IMG/VR virus record: IMGVR_UViG_3300042549_005982 | Span: 1-54,714 of that record | DNA: 54,714 nucleotides | Origin: a virus | Lineage: Duplodnaviria > Caudoviricetes | Reading direction: 5' to 3' (one strand) | Shown: positions 35,334 to 45,089 of the stretch, piece by piece | Numbering within the stretch: the first letter of the stretch is position 1 | Layout: each line of letters opens with the position of its first letter | Position numbers and translations under genes: made by a program | Notes under the pieces: generated by a model | Database searches by the model: none | What the model was told of the DNA's origin: nothing | The model's input: only the letters and a program-made list of their open reading frames with translations

Positions 35334-36545
35334 ATGTCGAATACAATTCTTACAATTAACATGATTACCCGTGAGGCCGTTCGCCTCTGGGTCAATACCA
35401 ACTCGTTCCTGCAGCATATCGACACGCAGTATGACGATCAGTTCGCCATTACCGGCGCGAAGATCGGCCAGAGCCTGCGTATCCGCCTGCCGAACGACTA
35501 CACCGTTCGCACGGGTCCGGTCGCGCAGATTCAGGATACGGCGGAAACCAGCACCACGCTGACGCTCGCCACCCAGAAGGGCGTTGACGTGTCGTTCAAC
35601 TCTGCCGAGCGCACGATGTCCTTGGACGATTACTCCAAGCGCATTCTTGCTCCGGCGGTGAACAATCTGGTCGGCGCGGTTGCGGCGGACGTTATGTCTG
35701 GCGTTGAAGGCGGCGTTTCGAACCTTGTTGGCAACTTTGACGCTGCTGGCAATCTGCTGCGTCCGACGCTCGACACTTGGCTGCAGGCTAAGGCGCTGTT
35801 GTCCTTGCGTTCGGCCCCCACGGATAACCGCAAGTTCATTCTTGATCCGGTTTCCATGGCCCGCACGGTGCAGAACCTGTCCGGTCTTCTCAATCCTGCG
35901 ACGGAAATCTCCGAGCAGTATCGCAAGGGTGAAGTTTATAACGCGATTGGCTTCGACTGGTTCGAAGATCAGACCGTTATTAAGCACACGACTGGCACGT
36001 ATGTCGCTGGTGTTTCTCCGACCGTCAACGGTGCGAACCAGACGGGCACGAGCATCAACATCACGATTGGCGCTTCGTCGTTCACCGTTGGCGACATCAT
36101 CACCTTTGCTGGCGTGAACGCGGTCAACCGCATCACCAAGGTTTCGACGGGTGAACTGCAGCAGTTCGTTGTGACGAGCTACGCTGGCGGTGTGCTGGGT
36201 ATCTATCCGGCTATCGTTCCGCCGTCCGGTGGTAATCCGGTTCAGTATCAGACGGTTACTGCTTCGCCTGCGAACGGCGCGCAGATCAACAGCCTGACGC
36301 TGACGGGCACGGTTTATCGCAAGAACCTTGCGTTTATTCCCGATGCCGTCACGATGGCGACCGCCGATCTGGAAATGCCGAAGAACATGCAGGAAGTCGC
36401 TCGTGAGCGTATGGACGGCGTGTCTCTCCGTATGGTCACTGGCTTCGACATTAAGTCGGATCAGTTCATCACCCGTCTGGACGTTCTTTACGGTTATCTC
36501 TGGGTTCGCCCGGAGTGGGCCGTGGTTGTCGCGGACATCATCTAA
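35334..36545 (+). CDS. Major capsid protein, P22 gp5-like
   Basis: MSNTILTINMITREA...KIGQSLRIRLP...RLDVLYG. Confidence 0.9.
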   Translation: MSNTILTINMITREAVRLWVNTNSFLQHIDTQYDDQFAITGAKIGQSLRIRLPNDYTVRTGPVAQIQDTAETSTTLTLATQKGVDVSFNSAERTMSLDDYSKRILAPAVNNLVGAVAADVMSGVEGGVSNLVGNFDAAGNLLRPTLDTWLQAKALLSLRSAPTDNRKFILDPVSMARTVQNLSGLLNPATEISEQYRKGEVYNAIGFDWFEDQTVIKHTTGTYVAGVSPTVNGANQTGTSINITIGASSFTVGDIITFAGVNAVNRITKVSTGELQQFVVTSYAGGVLGIYPAIVPPSGGNPVQYQTVTASPANGAQINSLTLTGTVYRKNLAFIPDAVTMATADLEMPKNMQEVARERMDGVSLRMVTGFDIKSDQFITRLDVLYGYLWVRPEWAVVVADII

Positions 36546-36554
36546 TCGCAAAAA

Positions 36555-36582
36555 GCTGGGGGCTTCGGCCCCCGGCATCTTT
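36555..36582 (+). terminator. Terminator after coat gene
   Basis: GCTGGGGGC-TTCG-GCCCCCGGC followed by ATCTTT. Confidence 0.7.
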
Positions 36583-36595
36583 AAGGAGCATGGAA

Positions 36596-36922
36596 ATGGC
36601 TAAAACAAGACAGCAGTATCTCGGTGTTTACGAGAATATGGATTTCCCTGATTATAAGTTTGAGGAATATCCGAAAGTTGTTGGTTATCGGGACGAGAAA
36701 AAGACGATCCCGATTATTGTTGGGAACGCGAAAGAGGAAGTGGAATTTATCACCACTGGTTCTCCGGGCGCGCATATTTCCCGAGAAGATGAACTTCAGG
36801 CTGAACTTGATCGTAAGGCTATGGAGTTGGAAGTTGCGAAAAAGCAACTTGCGGAACTCAAGGCAGGACAGGAAAAGGCGAAAGCATCTTTGCCGCTCCC
36901 TGCTGGTAAAAAAGAAGGTTAA
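36596..36922 (+). CDS. Hypothetical head-associated protein
   Basis: YKFEEYPK motif, downstream of coat. Confidence 0.65.
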   Translation: MAKTRQQYLGVYENMDFPDYKFEEYPKVVGYRDEKKTIPIIVGNAKEEVEFITTGSPGAHISREDELQAELDRKAMELEVAKKQLAELKAGQEKAKASLPLPAGKKEG

Positions 36923-36927
36923 GAAGT

Positions 36928-36959
36928 TTGGTGGTTTGAAATATAACCACCAACTTTTT
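36928..36959 (+). terminator. Probable terminator
   Basis: TTGGTGGTT/AACCACCAA stem followed by CTTTTT. Confidence 0.55.
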
Positions 36960-36974
36960 GTATAAGGCGAGACG

Positions 36975-37229
36975 ATGGGATCGAAAGTTTCAAGACAACA
37001 GTTTCTTGCGGCAGCGGCTGCAAACGGAAACGCTGAGACTTTCTTTCAAGCCGTGTCTGCGGATAAAGCCAATCCGAATTGGATACAATACAATTCTGCG
37101 GTTTGCATCAGCAACACGGACTCTCTTGCAAGTCTGTATCAAGTTCTATTCGGACTTGATGACATGAACATGATAGAATTTTTCCAGCAAGCTGCGAAGT
37201 TGCCTGGTGGAAATAAAAGCTGCAATTAA
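36975..37229 (+). CDS. Small protein paralogous to the N-terminal ~85 aa of 39558..40559
   Basis: VSRQQF...FQAVSADKAxPxWxQ(F/Y)N...LPG..SC in both. Confidence 0.7.
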   Translation: MGSKVSRQQFLAAAAANGNAETFFQAVSADKANPNWIQYNSAVCISNTDSLASLYQVLFGLDDMNMIEFFQQAAKLPGGNKSCN

Positions 37230-37241
37230 AGGATTGGTGAA

Positions 37242-39542
37242 ATGGTCGCTCCGACGCAGATCAGTTTAGGCATAGATCAGGCCACGCAGCAGATTTATCT
37301 GAATACTGCGGGGGTTTGGAACCCTATTGAACTGCCTGTTGGCGTTGCGCTGTTTGCCGATCTAGCTGCTTTGCCCCCAGTGTCGGGTGAAGTCGTGACT
37401 GTGGCAGGATATAATGTTGTCGGTGATGGCGGAGGCGGGCAATTTTATGGCGTGACGGGAGCGCCTGCTGGCACTTATGTCGATAATGGCGGCACAATCA
37501 TTTTACCGACTGGTGGTGATGGATCGGCAGCATGGTTGCGAGTGTATGACGGTAATTTGAATGTTAAGTGGTTTGGAGCAGTTGGTGATGGAGTTGCCGA
37601 TGATGCAGCTGCCATTCAACTTGCTGTAGATGCGTTGCCTACTGACGGGACATTAGAATTTCCGCAAGGAACTTATGTCCTAACTTCTTCTAGCACTACA
37701 ACGTCTGCGGTTGTGTTTGCGGGAAAATCAGGAATTACGCTTCTAGGTTACGGAGCGACTATCAAAGGAACTGCGACTCGAGTTAAGTCGTATTTTGATT
37801 TTTCGTCCACCAGCGGTGTGAAAATTTTTGGTTTCAACTTTGATATGATGTTTGGAACTTTGGCGCAGTATTTTGGCGCTGATTATCCGACAAATTACAA
37901 TGTTGCGGTTTATACTGCTACATCTGCGACAAACATTGAAGTGTATTACTGCTCTTTTGAAAATCTTTATACAAATGCGGTGTATTGTTATAGTGCTGCT
38001 GGATCGCTGATTGTCGATCATTGCCAGTTTACGTCACCTGCACAAGATCAGGGATATAACTGTCAGCACATTCAAGCGGTGACGTGGCAGAATATAAATG
38101 TCACTAACAGCACTTTCTTGAACACCCCGTTTCCGACTGCATCTGTCGGGGTGCCATCTATCTTGTTAGCAGCTATCACTGGCGAAGTGTTGGTTGCGGA
38201 TAACAATATAGATCACTCTGGTCGTGATAATACTTTTAGTCATCGACTTGGAGCTATCGACTTTTATCAGAGTGTGCCGAAATTCACCGTTCGTAATAAT
38301 GTTGTTACGAATTGCGCTGAATCCATCATGCGAATTGACTCAGTGAAAGAAGGTCGTATTGACGGCAATTATTTCACAATCGCTGGAAATGCTACGCTTA
38401 GTTATAACGGCATTTACTTGCAAGGTTATTATGCAGGTTCTTGCGAAAATATTGTCATTTGTAACAATGTGCTCGAAGACCCCTTTAATCGCCTTGGGGT
38501 TGGAATTTCTGTGCTTGCTTATAACTGGCAGCAACCTTCGAAAAATATCGAAATTTATTCGAATGTGATTAGCGGAGTTGATACTGCCTTTTTGGTGTAT
38601 AATGCTTTCCAGAATATTGCATTCCGAAATAATAATGTGTTCGGGTTCAACAGTCGTATTACTGTTGGAATGACTTATACGCCTCCAGATACTGTATATG
38701 GGGTTGGTAATGAAGCCACGGGAGCCATGGAAAATCTCGTAATCGAAGGAAACTCTGTGAATGGGGCTGCTTCGATAAACGTAAATCAAGTTGGTTTTCA
38801 GGGATATGCTTCTACGCCATATTCGCAGACTGGCGCTGTTGCCGTCACGATTGACGCACCGTATCAGACTTTTGTGGTTGGCAGTTCTGTGGCTCTTAGA
38901 TTTTTCAAAACAAGCGGCCCTGATCCGGTGCCGGTGAGTGGCACATATGTGGTGGCAAGCATGATTGATGCCGGTTTGGCAACTGCCGCTTTTACTGTTA
39001 CATCTGGATTGGCTGGGACTTCTGCGGGTGTTGTGGATGTTGGTTTTCGTGGAACTATAAATGATATATCTGTTAAAAATAACAGAATTATCGGAACAGG
39101 TTTAGTAGGATCAATAGGTGTGTATATTGACGGGCTGGGGCCAACTGTAACCGCATTCGCATATCTTGAAGGCAACAAAACTATCAATCTTTATACTCAT
39201 TATTTTGTGCGAAATACTTATCGCACAGATTTATTCCACAATGCAGCTGGCGGTTCCTTCACTAATTATTTTTATGATGGTGGCGGAAATAATTATGTGC
39301 AACGAAGATTTAATTCTGTTTCGCAGGAAAGACGGCAGGGCACAGCAGTTCTTGTTGCAGGCACTTGCACTGTTATAACTGCTGAAATTTTAGCGGGCGA
39401 TACGGTGATTGTTTCCAGAGGCACGGCTGGCGGCGTGTTAGGCAACTTGTCGGTTAGCAATATTGTGGCTGGAACTTCTTTCGACATTGATTCCAGCAGC
39501 GCCACAGATACTTCGACTGTTTTTTGGGAAATTGTGCATTAA
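37242..39542 (+). CDS. Tailspike 2, parallel beta-helix depolymerase
   Basis: GDGGGGQFY..DNGG, NVKWFGAVGDGVADDAAAIQ, FPQGTY; AT-richer than neighbours. Confidence 0.85.
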   Translation: MVAPTQISLGIDQATQQIYLNTAGVWNPIELPVGVALFADLAALPPVSGEVVTVAGYNVVGDGGGGQFYGVTGAPAGTYVDNGGTIILPTGGDGSAAWLRVYDGNLNVKWFGAVGDGVADDAAAIQLAVDALPTDGTLEFPQGTYVLTSSSTTTSAVVFAGKSGITLLGYGATIKGTATRVKSYFDFSSTSGVKIFGFNFDMMFGTLAQYFGADYPTNYNVAVYTATSATNIEVYYCSFENLYTNAVYCYSAAGSLIVDHCQFTSPAQDQGYNCQHIQAVTWQNINVTNSTFLNTPFPTASVGVPSILLAAITGEVLVADNNIDHSGRDNTFSHRLGAIDFYQSVPKFTVRNNVVTNCAESIMRIDSVKEGRIDGNYFTIAGNATLSYNGIYLQGYYAGSCENIVICNNVLEDPFNRLGVGISVLAYNWQQPSKNIEIYSNVISGVDTAFLVYNAFQNIAFRNNNVFGFNSRITVGMTYTPPDTVYGVGNEATGAMENLVIEGNSVNGAASINVNQVGFQGYASTPYSQTGAVAVTIDAPYQTFVVGSSVALRFFKTSGPDPVPVSGTYVVASMIDAGLATAAFTVTSGLAGTSAGVVDVGFRGTINDISVKNNRIIGTGLVGSIGVYIDGLGPTVTAFAYLEGNKTINLYTHYFVRNTYRTDLFHNAAGGSFTNYFYDGGGNNYVQRRFNSVSQERRQGTAVLVAGTCTVITAEILAGDTVIVSRGTAGGVLGNLSVSNIVAGTSFDIDSSSATDTSTVFWEIVH

Positions 39543-39557
39543 GCGCAGGGGTAAAAC

Positions 39558-40559
39558 ATGGCAGTAACAGTTTCACGTCAGCAATTTTTCGAGGCTGTTG
39601 CTCAACAGGCGAGCCTTGAAATTTTGTTTCAAGCGGTTTCGGCGGATAAAGCTGACCCGTCGTGGGTGCAGTTTAACGCTGCGACTTGCGTTGCAGAAAC
39701 AGATGCTTTGGCGTTGCTGGCGCAGACGACTTTTGGATGGACGGCTGCGCAGCTTACCGCTTGCTTTGCCTTGGCTGAAACTCTGCCGGGATCGACAAGT
39801 TGCTGTGGCGCGACTGTCCCTACGCCTTTTTCGTCTTACACAGCTTTGGACATTATCAATCTGGCGTATAAAGACGCTGGTGTGCTCGGCGTTGGTCAGA
39901 CGCTTTTGGCTGAAGACGTGAACGACGCGCTTATCCGCCTCAACATGATGATCGCACAGTGGCGTATGAAACGCTGGCTGATCTGGCATCTTGTCGATAA
40001 AAGCGTGGTGAGCACGGGAGCGCAGAGTTACACTGTCGGTCCTGGCTGCGATATTGATGTGTCGGTTCGCCCGGATAAACTTGAAACTGCGTATTTCCGC
40101 ATGTTGGCGGGCTCGAACAATTCACAAAACGTGGATTACCCGCTTCAAATTTTGTTCTCATACGAGGACTACGCGAGGATCACGCTGAAAAGTCTGGTGT
40201 CGTTTTCGCAATGTATCTTTTATGACTCCGCGTGGCCGGTTGGGCGCATTTATCCTTGGCCGCTTCCGCAGGCAAACCTTTACGAAGTCCATATCGTGCT
40301 CAAAGACGTGTTGAGCATGTTTGATAATTTGACTTCGTTGTATGTGTTTCCGCCGGAATATCTCGCTGCGATCCATTACAATCTTGTGATACGGACGCGC
40401 GCCGCTTATCGCCTGCCGCCTGACCAAACGTATGAAGGGTTAGCTGCAGATGCGCTCCAAACAATTCGGTCTGCGAATGCGCAGATACCGAGCCTTGTGA
40501 TGCCGGATAACTTGGTCCGTCCGGGCGTCTATAATATTTACTCGGACCAGACGAGGTAA
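39558..40559 (+). CDS. Head-tail adaptor (P22 gp4-like) with N-terminal extra domain
   Basis: TALDIINLAYKDAGVLG...DALIRLNMMIAQW...PPEYLAAIHYNL. Confidence 0.7.
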   Translation: MAVTVSRQQFFEAVAQQASLEILFQAVSADKADPSWVQFNAATCVAETDALALLAQTTFGWTAAQLTACFALAETLPGSTSCCGATVPTPFSSYTALDIINLAYKDAGVLGVGQTLLAEDVNDALIRLNMMIAQWRMKRWLIWHLVDKSVVSTGAQSYTVGPGCDIDVSVRPDKLETAYFRMLAGSNNSQNVDYPLQILFSYEDYARITLKSLVSFSQCIFYDSAWPVGRIYPWPLPQANLYEVHIVLKDVLSMFDNLTSLYVFPPEYLAAIHYNLVIRTRAAYRLPPDQTYEGLAADALQTIRSANAQIPSLVMPDNLVRPGVYNIYSDQTR

Positions 40560-40563
40560 TATC

Positions 40564-40959
40564 ATGGCTATCCCGAATCGTTTTCAGTCTGGTTTTCGTC
40601 TTGAAGATGGTGATGCGATTAACAAAGCGTTGGCTACTCCGCAGTGGCAGACGAATTATGGTATCACTGCTTTGGCTGGCGGTGCGCGTAATTCTTCTAC
40701 ACCTGTTCTGGTGCTCGGTGCGAATACGGTTACGACTGTTGCGACGGCGGCTGACAGCGTTGTTCTTCCGGTAGCGGTTGCAGGCAGCGTTGTGTGGCTT
40801 CGTAACGCTGACGCTGCGGACGCTGTGCAGGTGTTTGCCAATGGTTCGGACACGATCAACGGCACGGCGGGCGCGACTGGTATCAGCGTTGCGAATAGCA
40901 AAACTGTGCTGTTTGTCGCCGCTACGAACAACGTGTGGTTCTCGCTGCTTACCGCGTAA
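40564..40959 (+). CDS. Virion protein consisting only of the shared N-terminal module
   Basis: GFRLEDG...ATPQW, paralogous to the N-termini of 21025 and 25903. Confidence 0.65.
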   Translation: MAIPNRFQSGFRLEDGDAINKALATPQWQTNYGITALAGGARNSSTPVLVLGANTVTTVATAADSVVLPVAVAGSVVWLRNADAADAVQVFANGSDTINGTAGATGISVANSKTVLFVAATNNVWFSLLTA

Positions 40960-40968
40960 GGGTTTAAG

Positions 40969-42384
40969 ATGCCTCAGATTCAGTTAGTTCAAGGTGCGTA
41001 TGAAGCGCGAAGCGTTATCGCTAACGCCCAGCGTTGCATAAACTTATACCCGGAACTAAACACGAAGGACGCTGAGGTTCCTTATACGCATTACTGCACT
41101 CCAGGGCTGGTGACGCTTACGCAAGGAAATGTTGCGGAAGTGCGCCAGCTCTATACAGCAAGCAATGGTTTGCTTTTTGCGGTCATCGGTGACACTGTTT
41201 ATTATGTGCCGGATAGTTTTGTGTTGCAGCCTTTGGGCAACATCGCTACGCAGTCTGGCCAAGTCAGCATGTATGATAATAAGATCACGCTGATTGTTCT
41301 GGATGGTTCGCTTTTTGGCTGGAGTGTGGATTTGGGCACTCTGGCATTTGCGCCGTTTAGCCCTGCGGAATTTCTAGGCGGAAATCAAATCCGCTACATC
41401 GACACGTTCCTTGTGTCGAGCACACAGAATGGTAACATTCAGTCGAGCAACTCTGGGTTGGAAACTTATCCGGCCCTTGGCTACGCCACGATCTCTGGCG
41501 ATGCGGACCAGTTGCAAATTATTGACGTGGTGCATAAAGAAATCTGGGCTTTCGGTCGGCGGACTACGGAAGTCTGGAGTAATGTCGGGACTTACCCATT
41601 TCCTTTTGCTCCGATCCCCGGTGTGTTTTTGCAGCATGGAATTGCTGCGCAACGGTCGCTGGCGAAATGGGGCCTGAATATTTTCTTCTTGTCGCAGGAT
41701 AATAACGGCGAAGCGTTGGTGATGATGGGCACAGCTTACAAGGCTGACATCATCTCGACTCCTGCGATCAGCGATGCCATCGGTGGATACGAAACGATCA
41801 GTGATGCGATCGGTTTCACGTATCAGCAAGGGTCGCACATTTTCTATGTGCTGACTTTCCCCTCTGCCGATCATACTTGGGTTTACGATTTGTCCACGCA
41901 GCTTTGGCATGAGCGGGCCTGGCTCGACAACAACGGGGCGTTGCATCGTCACCGGGCGAACTGCGTTGCGTTTGCTTACGGCAAAACGATCTGCGGCGAT
42001 TGGCAAAACGGAAAACTCTACAACTGGGACCTGCACACCTATACAGACGACGGCGCGGCGATTTTGAAGTTGCGGTCTTTCCCGCACATTGTCAGCAGTC
42101 TGGATCGTATTAGCTATCGACAATTCATGGCCGATATTGAAGTCGGCACGGAGCCGATCCCCGGCATCAATCCGCAATTAACGCTGCGTTGGAGCGATGA
42201 TCGTGGAGTGACGTTTGGAAATGGTGTGCATCAGTCTTTGGGCAAAGGCGGTCAATACAAGGCAATCCCATCTTGGAACAGATTAGGGTTCGCCCGTGAC
42301 CGCGTATTTGAATTATCATGGACTGCCGCTTGCGCCTCGGCGTTAAATGGTGCATTCATTGATGTTGAGAAGATGGAGACGTAA
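40969..42384 (+). CDS. Tail hub / packaged-DNA stabilisation protein (P22 gp10-like)
   Basis: CINLYPE, TPGL, YDLSTQLWHER, LRWSDDRG, WNRLG..RDRVFE. Confidence 0.85.
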   Translation: MPQIQLVQGAYEARSVIANAQRCINLYPELNTKDAEVPYTHYCTPGLVTLTQGNVAEVRQLYTASNGLLFAVIGDTVYYVPDSFVLQPLGNIATQSGQVSMYDNKITLIVLDGSLFGWSVDLGTLAFAPFSPAEFLGGNQIRYIDTFLVSSTQNGNIQSSNSGLETYPALGYATISGDADQLQIIDVVHKEIWAFGRRTTEVWSNVGTYPFPFAPIPGVFLQHGIAAQRSLAKWGLNIFFLSQDNNGEALVMMGTAYKADIISTPAISDAIGGYETISDAIGFTYQQGSHIFYVLTFPSADHTWVYDLSTQLWHERAWLDNNGALHRHRANCVAFAYGKTICGDWQNGKLYNWDLHTYTDDGAAILKLRSFPHIVSSLDRISYRQFMADIEVGTEPIPGINPQLTLRWSDDRGVTFGNGVHQSLGKGGQYKAIPSWNRLGFARDRVFELSWTAACASALNGAFIDVEKMET

Positions 42385-42636
42385 ATGCTACGTGCTCTCG
42401 TCCCTAACTCTTTGAAAAACTTAATTCAGCCGGACGGATCAATTTCGCGCCAGTTGCAGTTGCTTCTTTCCGCACTTGTTCAAAACACTGTGCCGACGAC
42501 GCAAGATGCAACCACTGGAGCGCCCTTGGCGGGGGCGGTATTGCTGCCCGACGCCGCGCTTATTCCGAATGGCTGGACACAGATCGACACAATCGTGATA
42601 GGTGCTAACACCTACAAAGTAATCACGCTGGTTTAG
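42385..42636 (+). CDS. Hypothetical virion protein
   Basis: ORF abutting gp10-like gene. Confidence 0.6.
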   Translation: MLRALVPNSLKNLIQPDGSISRQLQLLLSALVQNTVPTTQDATTGAPLAGAVLLPDAALIPNGWTQIDTIVIGANTYKVITLV

Positions 42637-42645
42637 GAGAGTATT

Positions 42646-43533
42646 ATGGACCCTTTGACTATGGGACTTTTGTATGGAGGGGGATCGTTACTCTCCGGTG
42701 TTGGCGGAATGTTGGGCTCGCAGACGCAGGCTAATGCAGCGCGATCTGCCGGTCAGATGGGATGGCTCGGCTCGGTTCTAGCAGCAAATGCTGCGGAAAC
42801 TGGTTATGGCCGTGCAAAAGAAGCACTTTCTCCATATGCGATTGCCGGTTCTAAGTCCCTTGGCATCCTTACCGATGCTTTAACTGGCACAGGCGCGTTA
42901 AAAGCTGGTATCGGTGGTGGCGGCAACACTTTAATGTCCACCTTTGCTCCGACTCAGCAGCAGTTGGAAGGAACTCCGGGTTATCAGTGGGCTCGGGAAC
43001 AGGCGCTTGGCGGTATGGCGAATACTGGCGCAGCGCGTGGGATGGGGCTTTCCGGTAATGTCATTCAGGACATTGGAAAAACTGCCACGGGTCTAGCATC
43101 TCAGACTTTTCAGCAGCAGCTTCAAAATTACATGCTGCAAAATCAGCAAGCCTTTAACATGCTGTTTGATCCGGCAAAAATGGGCCTGGGCGCTGCTGGT
43201 AGTATTGCAAATGCCGCGACAGGAGCGGCTGGACAAATTGGTAGTGCAGCTATGGGTGCAGGCAATGCACTGGGTCAAAGCATTTATAATGCTGGCACAT
43301 CGCTTGGTGCAGGAACAAATGCTCTCTTTGGCGCGGCGGGATCGGCAATGCAGGTGCCTTATTTGGCATCTCTTTATTCAAAGCGTAATGATCCCTCTCC
43401 TGCTGCCAGCAGCAGTTCCACATTTACACAAATGCTGCCTGACTTTTTGCGATATGGTTTCGGGAGTAGCGGTAATTTACCGTCAAATGTAGTAGGCGGC
43501 CTGGGTGATCGCCCAATCCCGACTTACTACTAA
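42646..43533 (+). CDS. DNA ejection/pilot protein (P22 gp7-like)
   Basis: Gly/Ala/Gln-rich, PGYQW..EQ, AARG..LSG; position. Confidence 0.7.
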   Translation: MDPLTMGLLYGGGSLLSGVGGMLGSQTQANAARSAGQMGWLGSVLAANAAETGYGRAKEALSPYAIAGSKSLGILTDALTGTGALKAGIGGGGNTLMSTFAPTQQQLEGTPGYQWAREQALGGMANTGAARGMGLSGNVIQDIGKTATGLASQTFQQQLQNYMLQNQQAFNMLFDPAKMGLGAAGSIANAATGAAGQIGSAAMGAGNALGQSIYNAGTSLGAGTNALFGAAGSAMQVPYLASLYSKRNDPSPAASSSSTFTQMLPDFLRYGFGSSGNLPSNVVGGLGDRPIPTYY

Positions 43534-43551
43534 GAAGGTTTGGAGAATAAG

Positions 43552-45087
43552 ATGGCTGACGGAATTACTTACGCGGCTCCGGTCGCCGGACAAAACACGC
43601 AGAACCCGCTTCAAAATATGCAGCAGATGCAGGCTATGGGCCTTCGCGCTGCGGAGATGGAACGGACGCAACAGGCGACTGAACAGCAGGCGATGTCGTT
43701 TGCTGGCAAGCAGGCGCTTGGTGCGATCATGCAGAAGCATTTCAATCCTGAAAATGGCGAGTTCGATCACGTCGGGGCTTTTGGTGATTTAGCCTCCCAC
43801 AAAGAACTTGCGCCAGTTTTAGCTGAATACATGCCCACATTGTTACAAATGCCGGGTGTGCAGGCTGACTCTTTGGATAAACAATTAAATCATCAACTGC
43901 ATCTTACTGAAGCAAACTCCAGATTAAGTGCAGATGCGTTTAATAAATTGCAGGTTGGCGGGGCAGACCCGTCCGCTATTGCAACTGATCTTGTCGCACA
44001 GCAAGCACGAATTGGATATATTGACCGCAAGCAGTTGCCTGCATATACAGCGCAATTAGTTGATCTTGCAAAAAAGAATCCAAAAGCCTTTCAACAGCAA
44101 TTATATTCTTCTGCGCAATTCGGAAAAGAAGCGCAAGAATCGCTGCAGCGCACTAAATCTGATCTTGGGTATCTGAGAGAAGAAGTTGATACATATGGGC
44201 AGGACCCAAATGATTTTGCAACTTACGGTAAAAAAATAACGATGCCTCGTTTTATGGCTGGCACTGTATCTCCTATTTTGCAGAATGTGTTAGGAGAACA
44301 ACAGATGCCAGCCCAACAGGATGCTACGCTCGGTGGGTCGGCTCCTCCTACCGGCGGTGTAGCTAGGCAGGGAGAGTCACCCTCGGCTCTCCCTGCCGGT
44401 CGTCTTGCTGAAGCTCCTACGAGTTTTACGCGCGAACAAGAAGCGCAAAAACCTGAAAGTGCTTGGGGGAAAATGCGAGAAAGCATCGGTGAGGAGGCTG
44501 ATGGCGCTGCGGCATCACAGCAAGCCATTACAGAAACACGCTCGTTGATTAATGATCTACAAAATCTCGGTAAAACCGGCACAGGGCCAACTGCGAAAAT
44601 ACGAGCACAGGCTGTTAAGTTGTTAAATGAGACTCAAGGGCTGTTGGACAATTTGCCAGAAAAATCGCCTTTGAAAAAATTGGCAATTCCTTTCTTCGAA
44701 TCTGCCAGTAAAGCTGTAGCGGGGTCGGATGATCCAAGCAAATGGGTTGGAGCGGCGGAAGCTCTAGAAAAACTTGGAGCTATTACCGCTATTGGCGGTT
44801 TGCGCCGAGCCGTTGGGTCTGGAAATAAAGTCACTCAACAAGAAGTGATGAAATTTATTGATATTTTCCCTGGGCTCACATCTTCTCCGGGAGGTGTGAA
44901 ACGAATGCTCGATTATATGGAAAAGGTGAATAAATCTGTGCTAGAACGTCAGAAATTTTTCAACTTTTTCGAACGAGAAAACAGGGGACACCGCACTAAA
45001 GGTTTTAATCCAAGTGTGTTTGATGAAGAATGGAATGAAATTCTTCGCAAAAGCGGCGCAATAAAGTTTGAGCAGCAAGGAGAATAG
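43552..45087 (+). CDS. DNA ejection protein (gp20-like position)
   Basis: Helical and Gln-rich; follows pilot protein. Confidence 0.6.
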   Translation: MADGITYAAPVAGQNTQNPLQNMQQMQAMGLRAAEMERTQQATEQQAMSFAGKQALGAIMQKHFNPENGEFDHVGAFGDLASHKELAPVLAEYMPTLLQMPGVQADSLDKQLNHQLHLTEANSRLSADAFNKLQVGGADPSAIATDLVAQQARIGYIDRKQLPAYTAQLVDLAKKNPKAFQQQLYSSAQFGKEAQESLQRTKSDLGYLREEVDTYGQDPNDFATYGKKITMPRFMAGTVSPILQNVLGEQQMPAQQDATLGGSAPPTGGVARQGESPSALPAGRLAEAPTSFTREQEAQKPESAWGKMRESIGEEADGAAASQQAITETRSLINDLQNLGKTGTGPTAKIRAQAVKLLNETQGLLDNLPEKSPLKKLAIPFFESASKAVAGSDDPSKWVGAAEALEKLGAITAIGGLRRAVGSGNKVTQQEVMKFIDIFPGLTSSPGGVKRMLDYMEKVNKSVLERQKFFNFFERENRGHRTKGFNPSVFDEEWNEILRKSGAIKFEQQGE

Positions 45088-45089
45088 TC

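Noticed and set aside
35316-36578. Long antisense ORFs (e.g. 35316..36578, 21427..22308, 23267..24049, 41374..42177, 811..1272)
   Set aside because: Shadow frames of well-supported genes on the opposite strand, with no motifs
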